From the NCBI GenBank assembly GCA_963811605.1, contig CAWESA010000011.1, positions 159,698 to 223,697 of the forward strand: a stretch of DNA of 64,000 bases, written 5' to 3'. The notes under the pieces are model-generated. The model searched no databases. It was not told the origin of the DNA and saw only the letters and a program-made list of their open reading frames with translations. Source of the stretch: an uncultured delta proteobacterium (lineage in GTDB: Bacteria; Desulfobacterota; Binatia; DP-6). Each line of letters begins with the position of its first letter. Position 1 is the first letter of the stretch. This document shows positions 28,484 to 39,698 of this stretch, in pieces. Both the position numbers and the translations under genes were made by a program.

Positions 28484-31400
28484 CTAGCTGCCGCAGAACC
28501 GTGCCGGCGGGATGGGCGTGTCGGCGCACGCGCCGAGCAGCTTCCCCTGTGCCCGGATCAAGGGGGCGTTCCAGCCCGGCGCGCTCTGGCGAATACATCC
28601 CGCCGGCGGGCCCAGGGGCCGGTGGTCCTGATCGTCGGCAACGAACTTCTCCGGGCCCGGGAATGTCACCCCGAAGCCGTACACGCCCCCGTCGGGCCAG
28701 TCGACGTCCTTGCCTGCCCATTGGCCGCAGAGGTCGTTGTCCTTGCAGATCTTCGCGAAGTCTCCGTCCTCGTTGCACACGCAGTCCTTCTTGCGGCTGC
28801 CCAGCGGGAGGTCGCGTGCCTTGCAGAAGCTCGCGGGCTGGCAGAAGTCCCGTTGCGCCTGCGCGAACTCGGTCTTGAACGTGTCGAACCCCATGTCGAC
28901 CGTGACGGTCAGGATGCCGGTGGTGGAATCGTACACGCGCAGCCATCCCTGTGGCCAGGTGTTGCGATCGTCGGTGAACTGGAAATGGCTGGAACCGGGG
29001 AACACGCGCGTCAGGAAGACGTTCGTCTCGGCGTAGCCCGGGTCGAGCCCCGCGCCGACGTAGAGCTGATACACCTGGTGGGTGGTCGGCGTCGCGTAGA
29101 TGAAGAGGACGTAGTACGTCCGGTCGGCCTCGAAGATGTTCTTGAACGGGCTGCTCGCCTGCTTCATGGGACCGGCGGCGGTGTCGATGTAGTAGATGCC
29201 GTTGTTCGCGGTGAGCGTGCTCCGCTGCCAGAGGTTCGCGCCCATCATCCGGATCGCCTGCGTGCCGCCGAACTGCTCCCCGCTGGTCAGTCCCTGCCGG
29301 TAGAGCGGAACCCCGTAGCACGTGCCGGTGGTGCAGTCGCTCCACCAGTTCGGGTTCTGGAGCGGCTCCGGCGTCACCGGGTCCGCCGGCAGGCGATAGC
29401 CGCAGGCCGGCCCCATCTCCGGCGGCTGGGGACCATTCAGCTGCGCACACGCCGGATAGACGACGGTCGTCAGGTACTCGTACGGGCTCGTCTTGGCCGT
29501 GCCCGCCGGAAAGTCCGCCGGCGGATTCGCGACGTCGGAGCCGCACTCGACCGCCTCGATCGGTGCGTCGAAGTAGCCATCGAAGTTGACCGAGATGGTC
29601 TCGCGCTCCGCCCCCTTCGCGCCGTCCGGATTCGCGATCAGTCCGGTGAGCGAGCCGTCGTCGTCGTTCAGCACCGTCTGCCGGTCGACGTCGGTGAACC
29701 CCTTGAAGAGACCCTGGGCCGGATCCACCGGGGTCGGATACGTGCAGTAGCGCTTCTCCACTCGTCCCTCGTCGGTGTTGAACGTGCCCGGAGCGAACTC
29801 CGGCTGGATCACGAAGTGACGGATGTCCGCCTTGTCGAAGTAGAGGTTCTGCGAGTGGAACGCCGGCGGGTAGAAGAACCCGTTCGGCTGCTTCCACCCG
29901 ATCGCGGCGTTCGGCAGGTAGCAGGTGCCGGTTGCGTCCTTCGGCATCCCTCCGAGGCGGCCGTACAGCTTCATCGCGCCGGGACATGCATTCCCCTGGG
30001 TCTTCTGACACTGCGACGCGAGGTCCGGGAGCCTCGCCGGCACGATGTCCAGGTAGGCGTTGGAATCCTGGTAGGAGGGTCCGTCGTAGATGCTGAACAG
30101 GCGCTGGTTGGTGGCGAAGTTCGCGACCTCGAAGTCGACCCCGTCGTCCGCAGCGATGCAGTGATTGGGGAGGGCGTTGAGCGTGGAGTCGTTGATCGGG
30201 CATTGCAGGCCCGAGTGCGGGTTGAACGGACCGACGTCCGCCGCATATGGATTCGCCTTCGGATCCTCGCTCACGTCCTTCTGGGTTCGGCCCACGAAGG
30301 CGCTCTTCGCCGCCACCGACCAGACCCCGTCGATGACCGAGGACCGGGTGTAGTCACCGCCGGTCACGAAGGTGAGGCCGCCGTTCTGCACATCGGTGAT
30401 CGCGCTGTTCGAGAGCACGTACCAGAACTGTCGCAGCCACACGGCCGCGAAGTTCGTATCGGCCCAGTTGAACGACGAGGTATAGCGATCGAGGACCGTG
30501 ACCATGCAGTTGGCGATCTGTCGATCCTCGGGCGGCGGCAGCGGAGCCGGTCCGTTGGCGCCGCACTTCTTGACCGTGGCGTCGTCCCCGCAGTCGAGGT
30601 CCGCCACCTTCTTCGGATCGGGGCCGCAGCGGGTCGCCGGACGCGACCCGCCCGCGACCACTCGTGGATAGTAGACTTCCAGATCGATGTTGCCCTGAAC
30701 GACCGGGGCGAGCGGGTTCGGGACGGGCGCCAGGTGCTCCTTGTCGCCGGGGTTGACGAGGGGCGCGACCCCGTTGCAGTCGGCGAACTGGCCGACGGTC
30801 TGGAACGAGTTCATCGCCGACGTGCACGTATTGCCGACGAAGTTCATCAGCGGCGTCGTTCCCGCGCGTCCGAGATTGCTCTGCATCGAGGCATAGCCCG
30901 TCCAGGCCATCTTCGAGTACGGCGCGCACATGAAGCCCTCGCCGCTCGACAGCTGGCACTCGGATTTCCCTTCTCGCGGCGGCGGCTGGTTGAGGCACGC
31001 GGCACCGCGCTTGCCGGTCGCCGGATCGTAGCAGGAGAACGAGTTCTCCCGGCCGCTGTTGTACCCGGGGAGGAGCCAGTAGCAGGCGCCGCAGCTCCCC
31101 GCGCCGGCGGCGAAGTTGTAGCGGAAATCGTTCCAGCCATTCATGATCCAGAACACGGTCGGGGTCTCGGAATCGGAGTGGTACGGCGAGTTGTGCTGAC
31201 GATCCGTGAAGGTCGCCGAGAGAATGCCGGGAACCTTGCGGGGATTCTGGCTGTTGTCGACCGCGGCGCGGGCGAGGATCCCGATGTTCGAGTACAGCTT
31301 GTTGTCCGTCTCCGTACCGTCCTCGATGTAGTAGCCATGGCCGATGGACATGTAGCCGACGTTGCGCGCGAGCAGGACGTCCTGGGTGGCGTGCAACGTG

Positions 31401-32707
31401 ATCCAGCGGGTCATCGAGTCGTGGATCGAGCAATCCTTCACGAAGGTGTTGTTCGGCGCGTTCCGGACCATGTGGAAGTGCACGGGATAGTGCCCGATCC
31501 GGCCGCCCTGCCCGGCCTGGTAGAGCTCGACGCCCTGCATCTGGTAGGCCCGGAAGCCCTGGCGCACCAGGGTGTGCGCGCCGTGCGAGTAGCCGGTCTT
31601 CGCATCCGGGAAGTCGGCGTCCCGCGTGTCACCGGCCGAGACGATGCGCACGCTACGCGTGAGCAACGCCACCGCGGCGCGGGTATCGACGGCGTCGATG
31701 TTGAGATCGAGCCGCTCGATTCCCGGATGGTCCTTCTTGCTGAGCGAGTACTGCTCTCCCTGATGATGGTACTCGACGCCGCACGACGGTGAGTCACCCG
31801 GCGGGCAGGTCGCCTTCGTGAAGTGGATCTTGGTTCGCTTCTTCGCCAGATTGACGAACGTTCCGGTGATGATCAGCTCCTCGGAGTGTCCCGGCAGGTA
31901 GTCGGTGGTGGTGACGACGATGTGATCGTCCTCGCGCCAGTCGACGATGCCGTCGACCACCAGCGTATCGTCGCCGGGTACGAGCGACTCGTCGAGTCGC
32001 CGCCAGCTCCGTCCCGAGTTGGACGGATCGTCGTCGCCGGACCCGTACAGCGCACCCCGCTTGCCGAAGATGCGTAGCGTGCCGCCGTAGGAGACCGCCA
32101 GCACCTTCGTTCCGAAGTAGCTGGGTGTGCCCTGCCCCTCGGTGAGCGGCATCACGTCGTAGTTGTAGAAGAAGTCCGGCCCGCCAGGGAGCTGCGACTT
32201 GACGGGCGGCTTGGTGGGATCGGCGTTGGAGTTCCAGATCACTGCCTCGACGCCGCAGGTCGGTCCCGACTTGCAGGCGATCGGCTCGTCGCCCTCGGCG
32301 CCGTACAGCCGGATCGTGAGCACCGATCCCTCCCGACGACCGATGGGCCGCGGTTTTCCATTCGTCATCGACGACCATCCTGCGAGCAGGAAGCCGTAGT
32401 TCTCGACCAGGATCGAGCGGGCCGAGAACGTGATCTTTGCATCCCTGAACTTCAAGGTGGCCGGCGTCTTGTCGGTGCCGAAGATGTTCACGTTGCCGTA
32501 GGAGTACGTGCCCGCGTCCACGACGCAGGTCCCGGTGACCTCCAGGTCCTGCCCGTCGCCGCCTTTCGGCAGCATCTGGCTTCCGCCCGACGGACACGTC
32601 ACCGCGAGAGCGTCGGGGGCCGCGGTGATCATGGTCACGACCAGCAACGCGGCCGCGGCAAGGCGGAGAAGGGTCGGGTGAGAGTCGTCAGCAGGCGTTC
32701 GAGGCAT
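28484..32707 (-). CDS. giant secreted right-handed beta-helix protein (1407 aa), possibly G8-domain / CEMIP-TMEM2-like
   Basis: Start MPRTPADD mapped to 32707. Signal peptide LLRLAAAALLVVTMITAAPDALA. Contains W..GD.IVV.TTDY (VDGIVDWREDDHIVVTTTDYLPGHSEELIITG) and GRIGHYPVHFHM. Cys-rich C-terminal region (CKARDLPLGSRKKDCVCNEDGDFAKICKDNDLCGQW). The 1513-aa ORF call includes an upstream artefact. Confidence 0.7.
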   Translation of the reverse strand: MPRTPADDSHPTLLRLAAAALLVVTMITAAPDALAVTCPSGGSQMLPKGGDGQDLEVTGTCVVDAGTYSYGNVNIFGTDKTPATLKFRDAKITFSARSILVENYGFLLAGWSSMTNGKPRPIGRREGSVLTIRLYGAEGDEPIACKSGPTCGVEAVIWNSNADPTKPPVKSQLPGGPDFFYNYDVMPLTEGQGTPSYFGTKVLAVSYGGTLRIFGKRGALYGSGDDDPSNSGRSWRRLDESLVPGDDTLVVDGIVDWREDDHIVVTTTDYLPGHSEELIITGTFVNLAKKRTKIHFTKATCPPGDSPSCGVEYHHQGEQYSLSKKDHPGIERLDLNIDAVDTRAAVALLTRSVRIVSAGDTRDADFPDAKTGYSHGAHTLVRQGFRAYQMQGVELYQAGQGGRIGHYPVHFHMVRNAPNNTFVKDCSIHDSMTRWITLHATQDVLLARNVGYMSIGHGYYIEDGTETDNKLYSNIGILARAAVDNSQNPRKVPGILSATFTDRQHNSPYHSDSETPTVFWIMNGWNDFRYNFAAGAGSCGACYWLLPGYNSGRENSFSCYDPATGKRGAACLNQPPPREGKSECQLSSGEGFMCAPYSKMAWTGYASMQSNLGRAGTTPLMNFVGNTCTSAMNSFQTVGQFADCNGVAPLVNPGDKEHLAPVPNPLAPVVQGNIDLEVYYPRVVAGGSRPATRCGPDPKKVADLDCGDDATVKKCGANGPAPLPPPEDRQIANCMVTVLDRYTSSFNWADTNFAAVWLRQFWYVLSNSAITDVQNGGLTFVTGGDYTRSSVIDGVWSVAAKSAFVGRTQKDVSEDPKANPYAADVGPFNPHSGLQCPINDSTLNALPNHCIAADDGVDFEVANFATNQRLFSIYDGPSYQDSNAYLDIVPARLPDLASQCQKTQGNACPGAMKLYGRLGGMPKDATGTCYLPNAAIGWKQPNGFFYPPAFHSQNLYFDKADIRHFVIQPEFAPGTFNTDEGRVEKRYCTYPTPVDPAQGLFKGFTDVDRQTVLNDDDGSLTGLIANPDGAKGAERETISVNFDGYFDAPIEAVECGSDVANPPADFPAGTAKTSPYEYLTTVVYPACAQLNGPQPPEMGPACGYRLPADPVTPEPLQNPNWWSDCTTGTCYGVPLYRQGLTSGEQFGGTQAIRMMGANLWQRSTLTANNGIYYIDTAAGPMKQASSPFKNIFEADRTYYVLFIYATPTTHQVYQLYVGAGLDPGYAETNVFLTRVFPGSSHFQFTDDRNTWPQGWLRVYDSTTGILTVTVDMGFDTFKTEFAQAQRDFCQPASFCKARDLPLGSRKKDCVCNEDGDFAKICKDNDLCGQWAGKDVDWPDGGVYGFGVTFPGPEKFVADDQDHRPLGPPAGCIRQSAPGWNAPLIRAQGKLLGACADTPIPPARFCGS

Positions 32708-33259
32708 CGTGCGCTCCTGGTTCAGATGACGGCGGCCACGTTCATACTCGCCGGGTCGATCGCGGCCAGCACCTGTCCGTTTCAACGATCCCGCCCCTTG
32801 CAGTCGTGTGGTGCTGCAGATGACTCCGGCATAGGCGGTTGTGGCGAGAGGAGCTTCCTGACGAAGCCGAGCAGCTCCGCGGCCGAGCCGAAGCGTGCGG
32901 CGACACCGGAGGCGATGTGCTCGGCGCGGCCGATGAAGAGGTCGCCGCCTGGGGTGCCCGGCGCCCGGAGCTGGATCACGAAGGCACGGTCGGGTGGAAG
33001 CGGCCCGTCCATGTCCACGACCCACGGTGGGTCGGCGCTGCGGTCGTCGGGTGCCATGGTCTTCCCCCTACCGCCCGAGCGACGCCCCGGTCCGTAAAGA
33101 ACGCGAAGAGTTCGCGTAAAATCGAGACTCCTCGGGGGACCTCAGTCGGGGCGAGGGGCAGGCGATGCGGCGGTCACTCGCCGTCGGATCACCGGGGCCT
33201 GTTGCGGCCCGTTGGAGCAAGCCGCCCGACACGGTATCTAGCCGATCACCCGATCGACC

Positions 33260-36159
33260 ATGCCACCGGAGGTCTCGACGTCCCCCCACGTGATCGCCTT
33301 TCCGCCCTTTCGAGCTGGACCTGCGGGCGGGGCTGCTTCGTCGAGGCGCCAGCCCGGTGCCCCTGCGGCCGAAGACCTTCGCCGTCCTGCAGTATCTCGC
33401 GGCGCACCCGGGCGACCTGATCTCGAAGCAGGCCTTGCTCGATGCGGTCTGGGGCGACGTGGCGGTCTCGGAGGACGTCGTCCGCCTGTCGATCGGCGAG
33501 CTGCGGGTGGCACTCGGCGACGACCGCGCCGCGGCCCGCTTCATCGAGACCGTTCCCCGGCGCGGATATCGCTTCACCGCCATCACGGAGACGGCGGGCC
33601 CCCCGCTGGACGGCCCGCCGGCGGCGACCGGCGTGGTGGTCGGCCGCGTGCGCGAGCGGGCCGCACTCGCCGACGCGTTCCGGCTGGCTGCCGCTGGCCG
33701 CCGGCAGCTGATGTTCGTCTCCGGGGAGGCGGGGATCGGGAAGACGACCCTCGTCGACACCGCGGTCGGCGAGCTCCTCCGCGCCTCGGGACCCCGGCCG
33801 CGCGTCGGGCGCGGCCACTGCGTCGAGCAGTACGGCGGGGGCGAGCCGTACCTGCCGATCCTCGAAGCGATCGCCGGCCTCAGTCGCGGTGCGGACGGTC
33901 CGGCGGTCCAGGAATCGCTGGAGCGGCACGCACCCGACTGGTTGCTGCGCGTGCTCGGGCTGCTTCCACCCGGCAGGTCCGCGGCGGCGGCCGGCACGCA
34001 GGAGCACACGCTGCACCGGCTCGCAGCCAGTCTCGACGCCCTCGCCACGGAGACGCCGCTCGTGCTGGTTCTCGAGGACGTGCAGTGGAGCGACTACGCG
34101 ACCCTCGACCTCCTCTCGGTCCTCGTCCAGCGCCGCGAGCCGGCGCGGCTGCAGCTCATCTGCACCCTGCGCCCGGCGGACGCGATCGTGCGCGCGCACC
34201 CGGTCTCACGCATGAAACGCGAGTTGCGGCGGAAGGACCTGTGCCGGGAGATCCTGCTCGGCGGCCTGTCGCCATCGGATGTCGCGAGCTACCTCGCGGC
34301 GCGCTTCGCGCAGCCCGACTTTCCCGACGCGCTGCTGCGCCTGTTCGTCGAACGCAGCGAGGGGAATCCGTTCTTCATGGTGGCGCTCGTCGACCACCTG
34401 CTCGCGGACGGGCTGCTCGTGCAGCGCGACGGACGATGGGAGGTCCAGGGCGACCTCGAGGCGCTCCGCACGGCGATCCCCGAGGGATCGCGTGCAGTCA
34501 TCGAGCCGCAGCTCGAGCGCCTCGGGGACGAGGAGCGTCACCTGCTCGAGGCGGCGAGCGTGGTGGGACTGGAGTTTCCGGCTCACGCCCTCGCCGCGGT
34601 CGCCGGCGACGGCGACCCGGCCGACGTCGAGCGCGTGGAGGCGGTGTGCGAGGCGCTCGTGCGCCGCCAGGAGATCCTGCGCGCGGCGGGCGAGAGCGCG
34701 TGGCCCGACGGCACGGCCGGCGCACGCTACGCCTTCCGGCACGCGCTGTACCGGCAGGTCGTCTACCAGCGGCTGTCGTCCTCGACCCGACGGCGCCTCC
34801 ACCAGGGCATCGGGGAGCGCATGGAGGCAGCATTCGGAGAGCGCATCTCGGAGATCGCGAGCGAGCTGGCGGCGCACTTCGAGCGCAGCGGCGACGTCGA
34901 GCGCGCGGTCCGCCACCACTGCGAGGCAGCGGCCCGCGCGGGGGCGCGGTTCGCCTACCAGGAGACCCGCCTCCACCTCGAGGCGGCGCTCGGTCTCATC
35001 CACGAGCAGCCGGAGACGCTACCCCGCCTGCGCCAGCAGCTCCCGCTGCTCGAGACCCTCGGCACGACCTTGTTCGCCACCCGGGGCTACGGCGACGAGG
35101 GTGCAGCGCAGGCGTTTGCACGCGTCCAGGAGATCGCCGAGCGGCTCGACGGCGCCGAGGCGCGGTTGCAGGCGATGGGGGGTCAGCTGATCGTGCACAC
35201 GATGCGTGCGGAGCTCACGACCGCGCGTGCCCTCGGCGAGGCGATGGTCGTCCTGGCCGAGCAGCTCGGGAAGCCGGCAGAGCTCGCCAGCGCCCACACC
35301 ATGCTGGCTGCGGCGCTGTTCGGCCTCGGCGAGGTCGAGGCGGCGCGACTCCACGCCGAGCGGGGACGGGCGCTGTTCGATCCCGGGGCTCCGCCGCTGC
35401 CGACGAACACCGGCGTGCAGAGCTCCATTCTCGTGGCGTCGGCATGCGGCTATCTCGGCCTCGTCGAGCAGGCATGGGCCATGAACCGCGACGCCCTGGC
35501 GCGTGCCGCGACGCTGGGCACCCCGTTTCATCGTGCCCTCGCGACCAACCTCGCGGCGCAGGTCTGCATGCTCCTCGACGACGCGAGCGGCGCGCACCCG
35601 CTGGCCGAGGAAGCCGAGCAGCTCGCCGCCGCCTACGACCTGGCCGTGTTCCGGCTCACCGCGACCATGGTGCGCGCCTGGTGCGAGGTCGCGCAGGGAC
35701 GCGTTCGGGACGGCCTCCCCCTCCTGCAAGACGCCTTCGACGAATACGGCACGACCGGGCAGCGCTTCGGCACCACCAGCTTCAGCATGATCCTGGCTCG
35801 GTCGCACCTGGCCGGCGACGACCCTGCACGCGCGGCTGCCGTCGCCGACGCCGCCCTGTCCTTCGCCGCCGAGACCGGTGAGCGTGTCTACGAGCCCGAG
35901 CTCCTTCGCTTGAAGGGCGAGTGCCTCCTCGCCAGCCTCCTCGTCCCGCGGCCGCAAGGACGCGACGACATGCTTCGAGCGGGCACTGGCGATCGCCGCC
36001 GACCGCAAGGCCCTGCTCTTCGAGCTCCGGGCCGCACTCAGCCTCCTGCGGCTCGGCGGGCACTCGGTGCGCGCGCGCGTCGTCCGCCTGGTGGACCGGT
36101 TCGCTACCGGGGCCGATTGCCTGGACCTGCGCGCAGCGCGGGCCCTGCTCTTCCGCTAG
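33260..36159 (+). CDS. STAND-type regulator: OmpR/PhoB-type winged-helix DNA-binding domain + P-loop NTPase + TPR (two apparent frameshifts)
   Basis: Winged helix: F(R)PFELDLRAGLLRRGASPVPLRPKTFAVLQYLAAHPGDLISKQALLDAVWGDVAVSEDVVRLSIGELRVALGDD...PRRGYRF. Walker A: VSGEAGIGKTTLVD. Walker B: LVLVLEDVQWSD. Long TPR-like tail. A TGA at 33291 precedes the domain, and the protein-like N-terminus MPPEVSTSPHVIAFPPF is in a different frame (shift near 33300-33315). The true C-terminus (...CFERALAIAADRKALLFELRAALSLLRLGG...LDLRAARALLFR*) is in another frame (shift near 35925-35950). The stop is at 36157-36159. Confidence 0.7.
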
Positions 36160-36333
36160 GCCGGCGCGCCGCGGTGGCGCGTCGAGACGTCGCATGCTCG
36201 CAGTCTCCAAGCGAGCACTGCCGGCTGCGAAGCGCGGCTATTCACTGAGGATTGACACGTTCGGGGACCGTCCACCGTCTCTTCCGGTATCTCGTTCCTC
36301 CGTACACATCGGCACGCCAAGGCATCACGCAGC

Positions 36334-38113
36334 ATGACTCTCGACTCGCGAGGGTCGGCCGGCGCTGCCTCTGCCGCCCGCGCTCGTGACTCCGCCACGC
36401 GGTCGCGGCGATCCGTTCCCGTTTCCCTGCTCCTGTGCGCCATCGCAGGGGCCACGGGATTCGGCCCGTCGCGGGACGCCCTGGCCGATCCCGCGGTCTC
36501 GTCACTCCAGCGCGTGCCGGTATGCGGCGATCAGGACGCCTCGTCGGTACAGCTCAAGTGCGCCGACTTCCTGCCCATCTCCGACATCGAGCTCTTCCGC
36601 GTTCCGGGCCAGGGCCCGGTGGACCTGACCTTCGACTTCGTCTTCGCCGAGGCAGCCGTCCCCAACGAGCTCGGCCTCTTCCGGGTCGACGCGATCGACG
36701 GCAGGATCGGGAACCTCAGTCCCGCCGAGCCGGGGTATCTCGCCGCCGCGCTTGCCCGCACGCAGACCATCTTTGCCTCGGGTTCGGATGCCTTCGTCGG
36801 CGACCGGATGGTCCAGCGTCGACGGCGGCGACCTCCTGGTCTTCCTCATCGTGCACGGCGGCAGCCTCGCGGAGCTGCGGGCGGCGAACCCGACCAACGA
36901 TCCCGCCATGACGCCGGTCGCCTTCTTCTCGCTCACGCGAATCAATCCCGATCCCGGCTCGCGCTACGGCGGCGACCATCTCGTCGGCTTCCAGAGCGCG
37001 TCGTCACCGCTCACCGAGTTCGCCTTCGAGGACACCGGTCTGTTCAGCGACTGGGACTTCGACGACGTCGTCTACACGGTCTCGGCACGCCTCGAGCGCC
37101 CCGCCTGCGACGGCCAGGACGGCGACGACGATGGCGTGGCCGACGTCTGCGACACCTGCCCGGCGGTCGCCAATCCCGATCAGCGCGACAGCGATGGCGA
37201 CCTGGTCGGCGACACGTGCGACAACTGCCTGCGGGTTCCGAACCTGGCGCAGACGGACTCCGACGGCGACGGCCGCGGGGACGCGTGCAGCCTCGAGGTG
37301 TGCGGGGACGGCCGCGACAACGACGGCAACGGCCTCGTCGATGCCGCCGACCCGTTGTGCCCGACCCTGCGGATCGAGAAGCTGGCGCAGCCGCTCAGCG
37401 GCGCCAGGATCGGCGCGACGGTCCGGGTGAAGGGACGGGGCTTCGGCACCACCCGCGGAGCCGTCGAGCTGGGCACGGAGGACGTCTCCGTCGACGGCTG
37501 GCGCGACAGGAAGGTCACCTTCTCGGTGCCGCCGCTGGCCGGCGGCGTCTATCTGGTGCGCGTGCTCCGGGGCGAGGCACGCAGCGAGCACGAGGCTCTG
37601 TTCGTGCCAGGGACGCCCGTCTACCGGAGGAAGGCCACGCTCCGGGCGCTCGCCGACGTGCTCGGCACGACGTCCTGGTGGCCGTACTACGACGGCCTGG
37701 CGCGCCGCGCGCCGGCGCTGGCGAATCCGTTCTGGCTGCACGACTCGCTGGTCTCCGATCCCGGCACCGCGGGCTTCGTGACCTCGGCCATCGCGTCCAT
37801 CGACGCCACGACCTACGGGAGGTCCGGACGGCAGCGCCGCCGCGCGGCCAAGACGTTCAGCGCGTGCGAGCGGCACTACCTCCGCCAGATGCCCGACGAG
37901 GTGCTCGATCGATACCTCGCCTGCGCCGCCTATCCGGGCCCCAAGAAGCGCTTCCGCGCGCTTCCCCCGGACGTGCAGCTGGCCATCCTCAATGCGGGCG
38001 CACCCGCAACCGGCAGATACTGCTTCGCGGGGTCGGCGTACCAGAGCGCGTGTCGCGACGTCCTGCGCGCCGGTGGCATCAGCGACGCCGCTCTCGCCAC
38101 GCTCGGGTTCTGA
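36334..38113 (+). CDS. secreted DUF4114 + thrombospondin type-3-like repeat protein (frameshift near 36805-36815)
   Basis: Frame A: signal peptide, then [23 protein letters not shown]...[12 protein letters not shown]. Frame B continues ...[58 protein letters not shown]...[19 protein letters not shown] (DUF4114-like). Then acidic TSP3-like repeats ([37 protein letters not shown]...[11 protein letters not shown]). Then an IPT/TIG-like segment and a C-terminal domain. Confidence 0.6.
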
Positions 38114-38201
38114 CGCCCGGACGCCGCCAGCCGGAAGCCCTGCGTCTCGGCTCGAAGGCGCCGCCGTCCGAGGCGCCGGACGAGCTGGTCGCGAGCGGCG
38201 G

Positions 38202-38765
38202 CTAGAGGAACGCCCCCGACGGGCTCGCGGGGCATCCCCCCTTCGGCGGGACGCACTTGAACACGAACACGTCGGTGTCCGCGCGATTGCTGACACTCGC
38301 CGGCGCCTTGACGCGGGAGGTGCAGCGGTCGCGCGCGGCCCGCCGCTTGGCCGAGCCCCTGAGCGCGACGTCGAAATCGACGAAGGCGCCGCACGCCGAG
38401 CCGGTCAGACGGGTGGGGGCCTCGAGCGGACAGCGCTTGTTGAGCTTCACGCTCTCGACCGAGGGGGGCGGCGTGCAGCCCGTCACTCCCGAGAGTCCCA
38501 GGCACAGCCGGGCGCGAAAGCGGCAGGTGCCGTTGCAGGAGCCGTCCTGGTCACAGGTCGGATCGCCATCGGTGCAGACGAGGTACTTCGCGTTGGTCAC
38601 CGCGTGCGTGCCCGCCGTGCTGGCGTAGGCGTAGCAGTCGACGAAGGGCGCATCCCCGTCGGGGAGCGGCCCTCCGCCCGGCATGGTGGACGCGCGGCTC
38701 ACCACCGCCGCCGCAACGATCAGACATCCCGCCGCGGCCGGCAGGACGATGGAACGAAGCCACAT
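38202..38765 (-). CDS. secreted cysteine-rich hypothetical protein
   Basis: Signal peptide MWLRSIVLPAAAGCLIVAAAVVSRAST. More than 14 Cys in about 160 mature residues (CTDGDPTCDQDGSCNGTCRFRARLC...). The start codon is uncertain. Confidence 0.45.
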   Translation of the reverse strand: MWLRSIVLPAAAGCLIVAAAVVSRASTMPGGGPLPDGDAPFVDCYAYASTAGTHAVTNAKYLVCTDGDPTCDQDGSCNGTCRFRARLCLGLSGVTGCTPPPSVESVKLNKRCPLEAPTRLTGSACGAFVDFDVALRGSAKRRAARDRCTSRVKAPASVSNRADTDVFVFKCVPPKGGCPASPSGAFL

Positions 38766-38914
38766 CGCGCATCGAGCAGGCAGCTGCATCCGACACCTCC
38801 GAGAAGGCGGGAGTGACCACCGCGCACGGCGTGTACCAAGGCTCACGCCCGCAGGTCAATCAGATCGCGCGACACGAGCAATAGACGCCGCGGGTCGCAG
38901 CATCCTACTCGAGC

Positions 38915-39562
38915 ATGGAGAATCGCGTGCACCCCCACCATCAACGAAGCTCGTCGCGCCGCCGGTTGATCTTCCTCGCGGCCCTTGCCCTCGCCTGCCT
39001 TCCCCGCCTGGCACGCGAGGCTCACGCGCACGACCCCGCTGCGCTGTCCGTCCCCGCCGGTCTCGAGGTACCCGCGGGCAACCGGCTGTTCCTCCTGGGA
39101 CACGCCGCCGGGACGCAGAACTACGTCTGTCTTCCCAGCGCGACTGCTCCCTCCGGATTCGCCTGGACCTTCTTCGCGCCGCAGGCCACCCTGTTCGGCC
39201 CGTTCGGACCCCAGATGATCACCCACTTCCTGAGCCCCAACCCCGACGAGGCTGGCACGCCACGCGCCACCTGGCAGAGCTCCCGGGACAGCAGCGCGGC
39301 CTGGGCCGTGGTGTTCAAGTCGTCCGCGGATCCCGAGTTCGTGGAGCCGGGCGCCGTTCCGTGGCTGCTGCTCGACGTCGTGGGCACCAGGCCGGGACCG
39401 ACGGGTGGCCGTGCGCTCGCCGCCACCACCTACGTCCAGCGCGTCCACACGTCGGGAGGCGTCGCGCCGGCGAGCGGATGCGGCGCGGCCACCGACGTCG
39501 GCGCCAAGACGCTCGTCCCCTACGTCGCCGACTACTACTTCTACCGGCACGGTCTGCGATAG
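38915..39562 (+). CDS. DUF3455-family secreted protein
   Basis: Signal peptide. Family-typical motifs GTQNYVC, AVPWLLLDVVG, YVQRVHTSGGVAPASGCG and PYVADYYFYR. Confidence 0.7.
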   Translation: MENRVHPHHQRSSSRRRLIFLAALALACLPRLAREAHAHDPAALSVPAGLEVPAGNRLFLLGHAAGTQNYVCLPSATAPSGFAWTFFAPQATLFGPFGPQMITHFLSPNPDEAGTPRATWQSSRDSSAAWAVVFKSSADPEFVEPGAVPWLLLDVVGTRPGPTGGRALAATTYVQRVHTSGGVAPASGCGAATDVGAKTLVPYVADYYFYRHGLR

Positions 39563-39698
39563 CCGCGGACACGGCGGGGCGCCGGTCAGCGTCGACGGCG
39601 CCGTCTGGCCGCACGGCGGACGGAGGTTTCCCCGGGCCTCCGCCTCCGCCGTGCGGCCGACGTCGTCACGCGCGCGACGATCTCCCGGGTCCGGGCGG

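Noticed and set aside
28622-31792. 1056-aa plus-strand ORF
   Set aside because: Antisense to the giant secreted beta-helix protein gene. Low-complexity composition.
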